From positions 1 to 32,000 of the forward strand of contig NW_008806296.1 of assembly GCF_000400465.1 (NCBI RefSeq): a DNA stretch of 32,000 nt. Direction: 5' to 3'. Below, one piece after another: positions 21,027 to 32,000 of the stretch. Within the stretch, counting starts at the first letter, position 1, and each line of letters starts with the position of its first letter. The translations under genes and the position numbers were made by a program. The notes under the pieces are model-generated. The model had not been told where the DNA came from, ran no database searches, and worked only from the letters and a program-made list of their open reading frames with translations. The DNA comes from Wallemia ichthyophaga EXF-994. Lineage: Eukaryota > Fungi > Basidiomycota.

Positions 21027-22545
21027 TTACTTGTTCAACATCTTCTTGAGGTGTGCAGTAGAGAAGGACTTTGGACGCTCGAGTGGCATACCCAAAGCTC
21101 TATCCCAGATGAGTTGAGAAGCAACACCAAGTGCTCTAGAAACACCGAAAAGAACTGTGTAAAAGTTCTGTTGGGTGAATCCGTAGTGAGTAAGGAGCAC
21201 ACCAGAGTGTGCATCGACATTTGGCCATGGGTTCTTAGCTTTACCAGCCTCGAGGAGAACACCTGGAACGATGTTGTAAATTTGGTCAACAAGCTTAAAG
21301 TTCTTGTCGCCTTGGAGATGCTTCAATGCAAATTCTCTTTGTGCTTGGTAACGTGGGTCAGTCTTTCTAAGGACAGCGTGACCGTAACCTGGTACAACTT
21401 GACCACCCTTGAGAGTAGACCAGACGTATTCCTTAACCTTCTCATCAGAAGCATCCTCACCGATTTGTGACTTCATCTTGAGGATCCATGAGAGAACTTC
21501 TTGGTTTGCGAGACCGTGGAGTGGACCAGCGAGACCGTTCAATGCAGCTGAGTATGAAAGGAATGGATCGCTCAATGCTGAGCCAACCAAGTGACCAGTG
21601 TGTGCTGAAACATTACCACCTTCGTGATCAGAGTGGATAGTCAAGTAGAGACGCATCAACTCAACGAATTGGTCGTTGTTGCCGTATCCGAGGAGGGTAG
21701 CAAGGTTCTGAGAGTAGTCCTTCTTCAAGTCAATTTGTGCGTGCTTGCCTTCACCGTACACGTTTTGGTAGATACGGCCAGCGATAGTTGGGAGCTTGGC
21801 GATCAAGTCCATAGAGTCCTCGAAGGTGGTGTCCCAGTATTCCTTCTTATTGACACCTTGAGCGTATGCCTTAGCGAAGGCAGAGTCGTGGTTCAAAGCG
21901 GTCACTGCGAGTGAGAATTGTGACATTGGGTGGAGTGACTTTGGACATCTGTCGATAAGTTCTTCGATAAACTTTGGAATTTGAGCTCTAGCTGCCCAGT
22001 CTTCTGAGAGAGCGTTGACTTGCTCTTGGGTTGGGACTTCACCGGTGACCTGGCAAGTGAGTGAGATTGAATTTCTCTAAAGCACTCTTAACTCACAAGC
22101 AAGTGGAATAAAGCTTCTGGTAATGGCTCGTTTCCACCTGGTGCCTTTGGAAGTTGTTCTTGACAGTCTGGGATTGTCAAGCCGCGGAATCTGATACCTG
22201 GGAGAGTGTAAGGATGGATAATGAGCGTGTACGTCATACGAACCCTCTTCAGCATCCAAAACGGATGGTTCCCAAACGAGAGCTTTGATACCGCGCATAC
22301 CACCGTACCTAAAGACATATTAGAACGTATTCGTAGCGCTTCAAATGCTTTTCTTACATTTGGTCGATTGTGTTGTCACCGAATGAGTGCTTCTTCTCCT
22401 CTGCAAGAGCCTTGACCTCTAAAGCTTCCTTTTGGCGCTCTGGGATCAATTCTTGTACTCTTTGCTTAAGAGTGGTCAAACCACGGGCTTGCAAGCCCAA
22501 TCTTTGGTTCAATTGTACATTTCTCGTTGCAAGACGGAAACTCAT
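21027..22545 (-). CDS. CIT1: Mitochondrial citrate synthase
   Basis: Presequence MSFRLATRN; [81 protein letters not shown]; three introns. Confidence 0.97.
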
Positions 22546-22973
22546 GATGGTTTTGGTGAGAGATTGCGATTTCATTCGTCGACGAAAAAAGTACGTGTGA
22601 TAAACATTTGTACGAGATGTTTGCAGATTTATACAGCAATAAGGCTATTAGAATGCGCCATTCGACACTCTGCACTACTCCCACACTGAAAATATGCATT
22701 ACATCAAGCAATACACTCTTCGGGATACTCTTCCACCTCACGGAGTAAGTTACAGCTCTGTCCAGCTCCCAATTTATCCTCCTCATCGTCAAATGCTTAT
22801 CACCGATTTTCTCCATTCTATAGCTTGGTGCCTGAACGCACGTAACTTTCCGCAATCTTGAGCAAGAATAGCCGGTTACCGTGTTTATGTGATTTGAGTT
22901 AAAGTGCTATAGATATATTTCAGTGTCTCCCTCTGCGTTTAGTTTGCTTTGTTTGCTTGTTTTGTTTGCTAGT

Positions 22974-22999
22974 ACACGCACGCACACGCACACGCACAC
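22974..22999 (+). repeat. Short (CACGCA)n-type microsatellite downstream of the metacaspase stop
   Basis: acacgcacgcacacgcacacgcacac read directly; GT-rich on the metacaspase strand. Confidence 0.6.
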
Positions 23000-23057
23000 C
23001 AACTAATGAAATGCAATAAATAAATTTCTTATAAGCAAACACAAACTTTGATCTCTC

Positions 23058-24420
23058 TCAAACAACAAATTTCAAGTTGAGATCAATTGGATGAGCTGAG
23101 CTGAGTTGAGGCAGCTGCTGGTAGCGGCTAATCTCATCACGTATAGCGTTGAGGAGATCGAGGTATGATAGATTTGAGTATTTGGAGACCACTGAACAGA
23201 AGGCGTGGGACATTGCACCACCATTCATGTTACCAAAGCTGGTATCGGCTGATGTCTGATTATCTTTGCATCCTGAAAGGGAGATTACATCTGCAGGATG
23301 CGTCTTCTGCATACTAAGCTTCTGCGCCTTGTTGCCCCTGATGGCACTCTTGCCCAGGCCGAAGAGTGTCTTCACTGCACTACCTGTATTGCCCCTCATA
23401 TAGCTCATACCAGCATTAAGTAGATTGGTGCCTGCGCCCTCCAAGCCATTTTGTTCCTTAACGGAGCCTTTAGTTGAATAGAGATAGGGCAGATCTAAAG
23501 CCGTAGCACTGTGACAAGAGTCGAAAATTGCTGTAAGTCGGACACCAGGCTGAAGAGGGCGTACCATACGATCGTAAAGTTCATCGTCAATAATCTGGCC
23601 GGCCATCTTGTAGTCCACAGGCAGGATTGTTTCATCGTACCCATCTGCCTCGTCGCCTACCCTATCCTTAGCCTGGCCACCATGCCCCGAGTAATGCCAG
23701 AAAAGACTGTCATTTGGTTGGGCGTTGCTGACGAGCCAGCCAATAGCTCGCGTTATATTCGCGCGGGTGGGATGAGACATTGGATTACGCTGATCGTCTG
23801 TCAAAATAACCATATCCTCTGGCTTGTATCCCCGATGTAAAAGGAAGCGCTGCATGTTCTGTACGTCGTTGATGCAGCCTCGCAGTTCCGACTTTGTGTT
23901 GAAGTAATTGATACCGATCAACAATGCCTTACGTTTCCCGGTAGCTTGCGAGTACCTGAATTCTACGTTACCACCTCCAGGCGTGGATACGTGCTGCATG
24001 CCGGACGGAGGCTGGGCTGATTAATCTTAGTCTTTTCTGTTACATCAAAACTCTCGATACGCACGAGGACCATGAAAGCCATGAGCAGGATGTGGTCGTG
24101 GGCTGTATGAGATTAGTTGAGCCTTGATTAATACAGTCATGCTAACCTTGGATATCCATGCGGTGGTGGAAGTGGTGGACCTCTGAGGAGAGTGAGTAAG
24201 GAGTAGGCGACGCGTACGTGTACCGCACCCTCCATAATTTCCTGGTGGTGGCGGTCTGTGGAAACCGTAACTTTGAATATTGCATCAGATAACCAACCAA
24301 TTGTTATCGCGATTCTACTCACGGAGGTATAGCCGGTGGACTGGATGAATGTGAGCGGGACCGTTGAAATACACGGGTTACTCACGGATGGCTGTTTTGG
24401 TATTGCTGGCCAGGGTACAT
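23058..24420 (-). CDS. MCA1: Type I metacaspase (6 exons)
   Basis: KRKALLIGINY, LRGCINDV, HYSGHG (His), DSCHS (Cys), QTSADT, QLPQLSSAHPID; P/G/H-rich prodomain built from exons of 35, 18, 42, 36 and 38 nt. Confidence 0.95.
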
Positions 24421-24709
24421 TTCTTGAAAGTCACTGTTAAAGAAGAAACTTCGTAAATGCCAAGCTGTGCCCAGCTATTTACGAACAGCTATTTTCGGAA
24501 GTAAATACGATCATGTGCCAGCTGTCATTTACTCAATTCAGCAGATTCATTGCGCGCTAGCCTGGCACACGAACCTAGCACCCAAATACCTGGCGCTGAG
24601 ATCAACTTAACACAATCAGCAAGCTTCATCCTCAGAATGAAATGAATTAAAGTAATTAAATGCTTATATACTTCTAGTTATCCCTTGCTTATCATAATCT
24701 AACCTCTAC

Positions 24710-25539
24710 CTACTTACGTCCGCCCTTCTTTCCCTTTTTGGCCTTCTTACCAGCTTCATCACCACTCGTTTCTTCAGCTGAGGAAGCACTCTTATTCTTA
24801 CGCTGCTTCAGCTTTGCGAGCTCTGGCATCCAATCGTTGTCGCCTTCTTTGACATCCTCAACGTTGACTGGGCGTATTGGTGCTGAGATGTTCTCCTTGG
24901 CCTTGCTCTTCCTCTTTTTCTCAGCTGGAGAGAGAGGGTTGATGTAGGTCTCGTAGACAAATTTAGCCGCCAAATAAGCTATTCCAGCCAACAAGGCGTA
25001 AATAGACAACATTTCAAGATCGAATGTCTGCTTAGGCTCGACGACTGTGAGCACGCCATCGAAAGCGTCGAGCAAATGACTGATGCCCTCGTTGTCGCTT
25101 ACTGTGAGACTAACTTCGAGCTTCAAATCACCAGTCTTGAACTCGGAAGGGAAGTTGTAGGCGTATGGCGTTGTATTAGAGTCACCTTGGATAGTTTTAC
25201 CGATATTTGAGACTTTAGGAGCATCTTTGACCTTCTTGTCATTCTTGACGTTCTTAAATACTCCAGAAATGCTTTGTAAAGTGTAATTGGCTGATTCTGC
25301 GTTTATAGAGTTTATAAGCAGCGTGTTGGTCTCTCCATTGATAACGATATTCCCATCGATTGCCAATCCATTGATTGCATTTATTATATTTGACTTTACC
25401 TCTATCTGTGGTGCTTTCACTGAGCTGGTCACAGATGCTGGGAAGGGCGAGAAGCGTGAGATTGCGCAGGAAGTACAGTGATACACTCACCGATAGCAAC
25501 ACCAGCCGCGCTAAGCAGAGAAAGCAGCGATATTTTCAT
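24710..25539 (-). CDS. Translocon-associated protein alpha (TRAP-alpha/Irc22-like)
   Basis: Signal peptide MKISLLSLLSAAGVAI, one intron, luminal beta domain (VINGETN...YNFPSEF...LTVVEP), one TM (LSIYALLAGIAYLAA), basic/acidic cytosolic tail with DWMP. Confidence 0.82.
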
Positions 25540-25658
25540 TTTAATTCTTTGGTGGGACCGGGCCGTCTAATTCAACAATGAAGAAGTCTCATTAATTTGG
25601 TGTGATAAAACGATACGAAAATTATATGAAAATTACTTGAAAATTGCTTGGAATCTGC

Positions 25659-26547
25659 TTAGAAATCAATATGCCATTCTGGTGTTGCTGGGCGCACTAC
25701 TATCTCTGGTCTGGATGCCGCGTTAGCTTCCTCAGTGTGCATAACAACCAACTCACTTGTATTTGGGGTCAGATTCAAGGAGACGCAGCGCATACCACCT
25801 ATGAGCAAGTACATTTCCTAGAAGGAGTAGCGGCAAGAACGCAAAGATCTATTCCATCTGTTAGCCCGCGTTTTACTTCTTGATGTGGTCTTACTATTCC
25901 ACGAATATTACGTTCATCATCCCATTCTTTCTGGCATTCTCCATAGATGTCAGCTTGATACTCTTGTGTATCAAGAACTCACTGCCGCGTAACTCCTCGT
26001 CAACACTAACATCATCTTGATATTCTTGCATGCAACGAGTTATTATCCCATCCTAAACCTTCTATAAACCTTGCTGCAACCTTTATATTTTAACGTACGT
26101 GGTATTCAGCTACTATCAGCAAGTCCGTATATACGGTAGCGAGTAGAGTGAAAGCGGTATATCTATGAATGCGTTGCGAATGCCACAACGCTAATCGGCC
26201 ACCCTGTACATCTGTAAGACGTGAAAGCCTAATTATACCATCAAACTCACAAACCATGAGTACATAAATGCGAACACTTCAAATATGATTACGACCAGGT
26301 AGCAGATACTGAGTACTGTTGCATAATATGTCAAGTCCTCTGAGTATCCTATATACAGATGTCTTTTTTCTAAACACATTCGCGTACTTGCTTGAGCATA
26401 AACGATGATCATGCACTTTGCAATTATGCATATAATTGGGTACATTGTTTCTCCCATAGTATCAGTGGAGGGGTATCTCCCTGGATAATGCGCTGCGTAA
26501 GGCACCTTGTAGAGGGATTCGTATAAGTAGTTGAAGATTTTGTTCAT
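25659..26547 (-). CDS. Orphan four-TM membrane protein, at least 6 exons; 5' end unresolved
   Basis: Five consecutive GT-AG introns (26250-26204, 26098-26053, 25982-25927, 25894-25849, 25756-25711; 46-56 nt) keep one frame: ...FAFMYSWF|GGRLALWHSQRIHRYTAFTLLATVYTDLLIVAEYH|DGIITRCMQEYQDDVSVDEELRG|KWDDERNIRGI|IFAFLPLLLLGNVLAHRWYALRLLESDPKY|KPEIVVRPATPEWHIDF*. Confidence 0.72.
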
Positions 26548-27358
26548 TGATGTTGTGTTAAGAGGTGCTTTCTGCTCAAATTCAACCAACTATGCTGTCC
26601 TTTGGCATGGACGCTAGCAAAGTGTTTCTCGATTCGCAATTTACTGCATCATTTATTGGAATGTGGCTATTTTCCTAATCAGGCTTGATTTCATTATTGA
26701 GCTAATGCTGAATCACATTCCTGACTAAGTTTGCAACAATTGTGCTTCACGGTGCAGAAAATAGTTCTGGATTGCACAAGCTTGGAGATCGACTGGAAGC
26801 TATTGTTGATTGACTCTGCGATATGAGCTTGATAAGTGAGTAATCGAGTCCGAGTATGGTAAATGCATACTAAAGTAAAAGTATGAATCCTGCTTCTCTC
26901 TTTTAAAATGATTCTAACCTTACTCAAGATTGAGACTGTAAGCTAATGTCACGTACATACAAAGATGCAGATTTTCAGATCCTGAAAGCAGAGTGTGTTC
27001 TTTTTGACAAATATTAACAGATCAAACTCAATTTTATCGTTCCTATGTATTTGGTTTCTGCTCGCAAAAAAAAAAGACTGCCGATATCTAGAACTTCAGT
27101 GACTCTGTAGTATATTAAAGCTGAGTATACCCATCGTCAATCACCCATCAAGATCAAAAGCCAAGAATATCCGTCAGCTGCTGCTCAAATGCAAAACACA
27201 ACAAACAATCTAAAACATTACCTGGTTACCTTCAAGACAACAATAAATTGAATAATTAAAGAACAAAATATTTCTGGGCGATTAGCACATTACATAGTCT
27301 AGTATCTGTCACTTTAAAGATCAAATGAGCAAATACACGTTCTATAGTTCGTTCATAC

Positions 27359-28813
27359 TTACTCATCGGCTGGAGGTGGAGGTGATCTCTGAAAATTATG
27401 TGAGTCGCTTTAATTATATTAAGCTAAATACCCACCTCACGCTCATAACGATCAAAGCCAGCATCCTCACGTCTTGGTGGAGGTGGTCTTGAATCGTAGT
27501 CATCGTAGCGTGATGATCTTCTTGGTGGTGAACGCTCTCTAGCGCCTCCCCATCCGCCGCCAGAGGCAGGAGGTTCAGCAGCCTGCAGTGCTGTGAGATG
27601 GCGATTCTTTTCAACAATCCGGACTTACATCAGCTACGACTTGAACTGGGACACCCTTAAGTTCAGTGTTGTCGAGCTTGGCAACAGCATCTTCAGCATC
27701 GTACTTGGAAGCAAACTCAATGACACTGGAGCTTTTCAGCAATTGAAACGTTACAGCGCTAAGACCTACCCTTGTCCTGGAATACTACGGTCAACGTCTG
27801 CACGAGTGACTGCACCACCGTCACGACCGAAGTCCTTGAGATCCTATACCAAGCGAAACCGCCAATTTAGCCAAAATCCTCACGAAAGCTACACACGCGA
27901 AAAAAAGGAATAGCACTTTGTGAACGCCACGACAACGACCTAAATCGAGCCTGCTCCAATCCAAGGAAAGTCACCAAGTACCACATCCCATCCCTATTTT
28001 CACGCGATAGCAAATAAAAGACGAACCTGCCAGCTAGTTTCCTCAGAAATACCTTGGACAAAGACCTTGAAGCCAGTGTTTGGTCTAGGACCGCGCTTTT
28101 CACGAGGTGGGCCGTAGTCGTCCCTTGGGTAACGATCGTAGCGATCACCACCGCCGTATCTGTCGCCACCGTATCTGTCACCGCCATATCTGTCACCGCC
28201 ATATCTATCACCACCGTATCTGTCACCGCCGCCGTATCTGTCGTAGTCACGGCCACCTCTGTCCGAATATCTGTCGTATCTATCATAGCGATCATAGTGA
28301 TCGTAGCGGTCGTACCTATCATAGCGGTCGCCGCGATCACGATAATCTCTTGGAGGTGGTGGGCCGCCGAAGCGGTCATCACGGTCACGTCTTTGCTCTT
28401 TTGCAAAGTCGATGACAAGGCGTTCACCCATGAAGTCACGGCCTCTGTAGCTGTTTAAGTGCTTAGATGAGCTCAATGACTGCAGGGTGTACCTACGAGT
28501 CAATGACGTCTTCGGCGTCCTAAATCGGTCAATTAAAGCCACGAGCAATGTGCAATCGCACTCACTCTGAGACTCTCGAATTCGACAAAGCCGAATCCCT
28601 TGTGCTGAAGATGATTTGAGCAATTGTGCATTTCCAGAGGAATTCTACGCACAGAGATGATACGAATGTCGACTAAAGGACGTGGGCTAAAGAACTGTTC
28701 ACTGAGCGTTGATTGAGATAAGAAAAGAGAATATTGAACACAACCCACAGATCTTCCTTTTGGCAATCTGGGTTTAATCCACCGAGATAAAGACGTTTCG
28801 TTGGTGCTGCCAT
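27359..28813 (-). CDS. srp2: Two-RRM SR-like splicing factor (SRSF4/5/6, Srp2 family), 9 exons
   Basis: RRM1 (RLYLGGL, GFGFVEF, FMGERLVIDFAK); pseudo-RRM2 with SWQ|DLKDF; R/D/Y/G-rich linker and tail; eight GT-AG introns. Confidence 0.9.
28130..28340 (-). repeat. Coding tandem repeats: 15-nt units (GGDRY x5-6) and 9-nt units (DRY x7)
   Basis: ccgccgtatctgtca-type units on the + strand; translation RYDRYDRYDHYDRYDRYDRY...GGDRYGGDRYGGDRYGGDRYGGDRY. Confidence 0.85.
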
Positions 28814-29610
28814 AGTGTTGGTAGTTGTGAAGGAAGCGGCGAAAGTGGAATTCGGTGGGAAAAGTTGAATGAACATTAATTTATTTGTGAACACAATCTG
28901 CGTGGCATAAATATAGATTGCTCACAGCTACACTGGCTCTTTTCCCCTCTATTCACGTGCTCGCAGATACTTTCGGAATCTTAAAGTCGAAGCGAGCTGC
29001 TTCTGTGATGGAATGATAATGAAGCGAGCATTCACATAGCAGCGCTTGTTCACGCTTGTAGTATCTGAGTGTCCAGTGTGTCTACCTGAAGAGGCCTGCT
29101 CATGCGACTCAATGCAGCCGCTAGTATTGAGCTTGAGGCTTGAAGCTTAGAGGAGCATCATAGGTATACTGATGCCGGTGGCGTCATTCATCAATCACGT
29201 GAAGGTGTCAAATTCTTTACAGAGATATTTGCGCTTCTTGTATGACTGGATCTATCAACGTAAAGCACTTGAGTACAAAGCAGAACTATCAGCTAAATAT
29301 GCACTTTCGGTTACACCACATGACTAGGGCATCGGAGTTCCAATGAACGTTTGAACCCTGAGCCGAGGTACGCAGGATATCAAACTGAACTCCGAGGAAT
29401 AGGGAATCCAGATCGGCTTTTTACCAATGGTAATACTAGGCCTTATCTATCTACCACAACAACTATCCCTGATTAGATTGATTTTGAAGAGCTTAATTTA
29501 TGACGTTCGAAGATATTGGTTCCTCGAGGGGACGGAGCGTCAGCAGACTAATTGAGCAATATAAATGAGCACATTTACTTCTTGGCATCCCACTTCGAAG
29601 AACTTTTGCC

Positions 29611-31291
29611 ATGAAAATCCCGTACTCTACACTAACATCAGCATCAATGCTAGCAAGCAGGGCAGCAGACTTACAGTGTCTAGGTAGCTCTACTGGTATG
29701 CCACTATCTCCGGGAACTTATAGTGAGCCATTGAGACCTCAAGTCCACTACACTCGTGCGCACATCTGTCTGACTTTTGTGATACACAGTAACAACTCAC
29801 TACAGCATCTGAGAACTTCTCTAACGACCCCAATGGCTTAATCTACGCTAACAATCTTTACCACATCTACCACCAGTGGAATGCCAAGGCTAATTTGCCA
29901 GGGTATCAGAACTGGGGCCACGCTACGAGTGAGGACTTGGTACATTGGACCCTGCATCCAGCTGCTATCACGCCTGATAGCGAAGATGGACCATTTATTT
30001 TCTCAGGAAGCGCTATCATAGACTTTGATAATGATTCCGGTATTTTTAATGATACCACTGCATCAGATAACAGATTGCTTGCCTTCTATACCAGCGCTAG
30101 TGATGATAAGCAAACGCAAAATATTGCGTACTCAACGGATGGAGGTTATTCATATACAAAACGACCAGAGCCAGTCATCGACATTGACAACAGCCAGTTC
30201 AGAGGTTTGTCTGGCGTAATTCTAAAACATGCCACTAACACCTCCAAGATCCCAAAGTTTTCTGGTACGAGCCAGACTCGAAATGGGTGATGATCGTGTC
30301 ATTAGCTTCGCAGCACGAAATGATCATTTACGACTCAAACAACTTATTGGACTGGACTGAGACATCTCGTTTCGGCAATGTCGGTCAACTGGGCTATCAA
30401 TATGAATGTCCTGATCTATTTCCGCTTAAAATCGAAGGCAGTGACGAAGAAAAATGGGTATTGATCACATCTGTTAACCCAGGCGCAATCAATGGCGGTG
30501 GTTCGGCCACCAGCTACTTTATCGGTGATTTCGACGGTAAAAAGTTCACACCAGTGGATCTAGCAGTGCACGAAATGGACTTTGGGTACGATAATTACGC
30601 GGGAGTCACTTTCAACAATATCCCTGATGGACGTAGATTGTGGTTGGGCTGGTCTAGCAACTGGCTTTACGCTGCAGAAGTCCCCACTGCGCCGTGGAGA
30701 TCATCGCTGTCACTCGTACACGAGTTGTCTCTCGCTAGAGTCAACCTCACCGATCAGGAGGAGTCGCTTATGCTGAGACATAAGCCGGTTGACTTATCAA
30801 CCCTCATCACCGACACTGTCAAGGAGACTAGCACATCAACGAACTCAGATTCTGTAGAATTTCCAACTGATGGCGCGGTAGACTTTACTGCTCATTTGTC
30901 TTTTAACTCTTTAAATTCTAACTCTTCATCAAAATCTGCATCGAGGATCACTATAGAATCTGAAGATGCTCAGAACTCAATTGAAATTGGTTTGCAGTTC
31001 TCTGATCACATCGCATACATCAATAGAGCTAACTCTGGATGGTCTAATGCTATATTCGAAAGTGTTTCAGCGACTTCTATCCATATTCCAGACGATCAAA
31101 AAGTCAGTTTGAGAGCCATTGTTGACCACTCACAGTTGGAGCTATTTATACAAGATGGTATACATCTAGGATCGATGGTTTTCTTTTTTGAGGATGGTCG
31201 TGTTCCTGCGCGCCTTCACTACTCAAACGATAAAGGTGTCCAAACAGATTACTTCCGTCTCGATGCTTTGAAGAGCATTTGGCAATGCTAA
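29611..31291 (+). CDS. Glycoside hydrolase family 32 beta-fructofuranosidase (invertase/inulinase)
   Basis: NDPNG nucleophile motif (as FSNDPNG), WGHATS, FSGS, FR|DP split by an intron, YECPDLF, DFGYDNYA, C-terminal beta-sandwich (IVDHSQLELF); two introns; weak signal-like N-terminus. Confidence 0.93.
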
Positions 31292-31480
31292 TGCAGCTGC
31301 AAAAATATGTATATAGAATGTAATCATGGATTGAAAATTTGCGATAAAAATTATACGCATAATAAAACAAACTGTTAATAAAAGCAGAAATAGTCCCAAT
31401 GACGTAGTAATATAGCTAATCTGAAAAAAATTCAGTTGGTGAAAGCTGCGAGAAATTCTTCACTTACCCAAGCATTAAAC

Positions 31481-32000
31481 TCAAACAAACTTGCTAAAGG
31501 TTCGTTTATAATTATTCTTAGCCCTCTTCATCTGCCTGTATGTCTTGTCATTGAAATGTGAGTATCCACCACTGATTGTGCTCTCCCATTGCTCAGACGT
31601 CTGACGAGCTCGCTTGTTTAAAGAACTGTGGTCTCGCTTTGACCCTCTTAACAGTCTATTTGCATTTCTTGATGCGCGCATCATTATTCCGCGGCTAACG
31701 CTACTAATTTGCTGAAATGTTTGCATGAATTGTTCACCGATATCTTGACTCTGTTTTTGAATGAATGACGGCGCATATCTCATTAGGTTTTCGTAAAGCT
31801 CTTGTACATTCTCGTAGCCAATTTCAGCTACTATCCATGTGAGTTCCAGTATCGTTTCAGCTATCGCAACAACTTGACGTATGTGATCGCCAACATAATA
31901 CAGCGACATGAAGTACGCGTTATTCAGAACATTTCCAGTCATCTTCATCCAGTCTTCATTATTGAACGAGTCTTTCTCTGAAGCATCTGTACTTCTCAGT
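31481..32000 (-). CDS. 3' part of a hypothetical protein that starts beyond the window edge
   Basis: Frame is open from base 32000 to the stop at 31481; helical with a basic C-terminus; no family recognised. Confidence 0.6.
   Translation of the reverse strand, partial: LRSTDASEKDSFNNEDWMKMTGNVLNNAYFMSLYYVGDHIRQVVAIAETILELTWIVAEIGYENVQELYENLMRYAPSFIQKQSQDIGEQFMQTFQQISSVSRGIMMRASRNANRLLRGSKRDHSSLNKRARQTSEQWESTISGGYSHFNDKTYRQMKRAKNNYKRTFSKFV

Noticed and set aside
27210-27235. CATTACCTGG, resembling the U1 snRNA 5' end
   Set aside because: Imperfect match, and no U1 stem-loops or Sm site follow.
5314-28813. Three splicing-related genes (KHDC4-like, cyclin L, SR protein) in one 32-kb window
   Set aside because: They are not adjacent and are separated by unrelated housekeeping genes; compatible with chance at this gene density.
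29820-29845. GH32 motif reads FSNDPNG instead of WMNDPNG
   Set aside because: The catalytic Asp, RDP and EC motifs are all intact; this looks like ordinary variation, not loss of function.
1-32000. Search by eye for tRNA, rRNA, transposon, CRISPR or telomerase-RNA template signals
   Set aside because: No cloverleaf or B-box tRNA pattern, terminal inverted repeats/LTRs, repeat-spacer array or extended internal CCTAA template found; a covariance-model search would be needed to exclude divergent ncRNAs.

Overview
Eukaryotic (fungal, basidiomycete-type) genomic DNA that starts at a left chromosome end: (CCTAA)4, i.e. TTAGG telomeric repeats. The rest is very gene-dense: about 24 protein-coding genes, short (mostly 40-60 nt) GT-AG introns with CTRAY-like branch points, and intergenic gaps often under 150 bp. 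This architecture suggests a compact genome such as Wallemia (inference, not verified). Recognisable genes in order: Zn-dependent alcohol dehydrogenase, SARAF, Ubp8, KHDC4-like, RPS19, cyclin L, RPA43, MGE1/GrpE, UBE2W, NSE4, a stand-alone hydantoinase-B/oxoprolinase half, a Pex28/29-like protein, RPL32, GlnRS, citrate synthase, metacaspase, TRAP-alpha, a two-RRM SR-like protein and a GH32 invertase. Several orphan genes only appear after manual splicing. No tRNA, rRNA, CRISPR array or mobile element was recognised. Most notable: a candidate 1-nt exon in a hidden GPI-anchored protein gene; a gene 144 bp from a TTAGG telomere with no subtelomeric buffer; a split 5-oxoprolinase; an ATGA stop/start overlap after NSE4; start codons 44 bp apart head-to-head; an intron-split start codon in GlnRS; a long intron at the SWQ|DLKD site of the SR gene; and symmetric mini-exons in the metacaspase prodomain. 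All gene models were spliced by hand from sequence alone.
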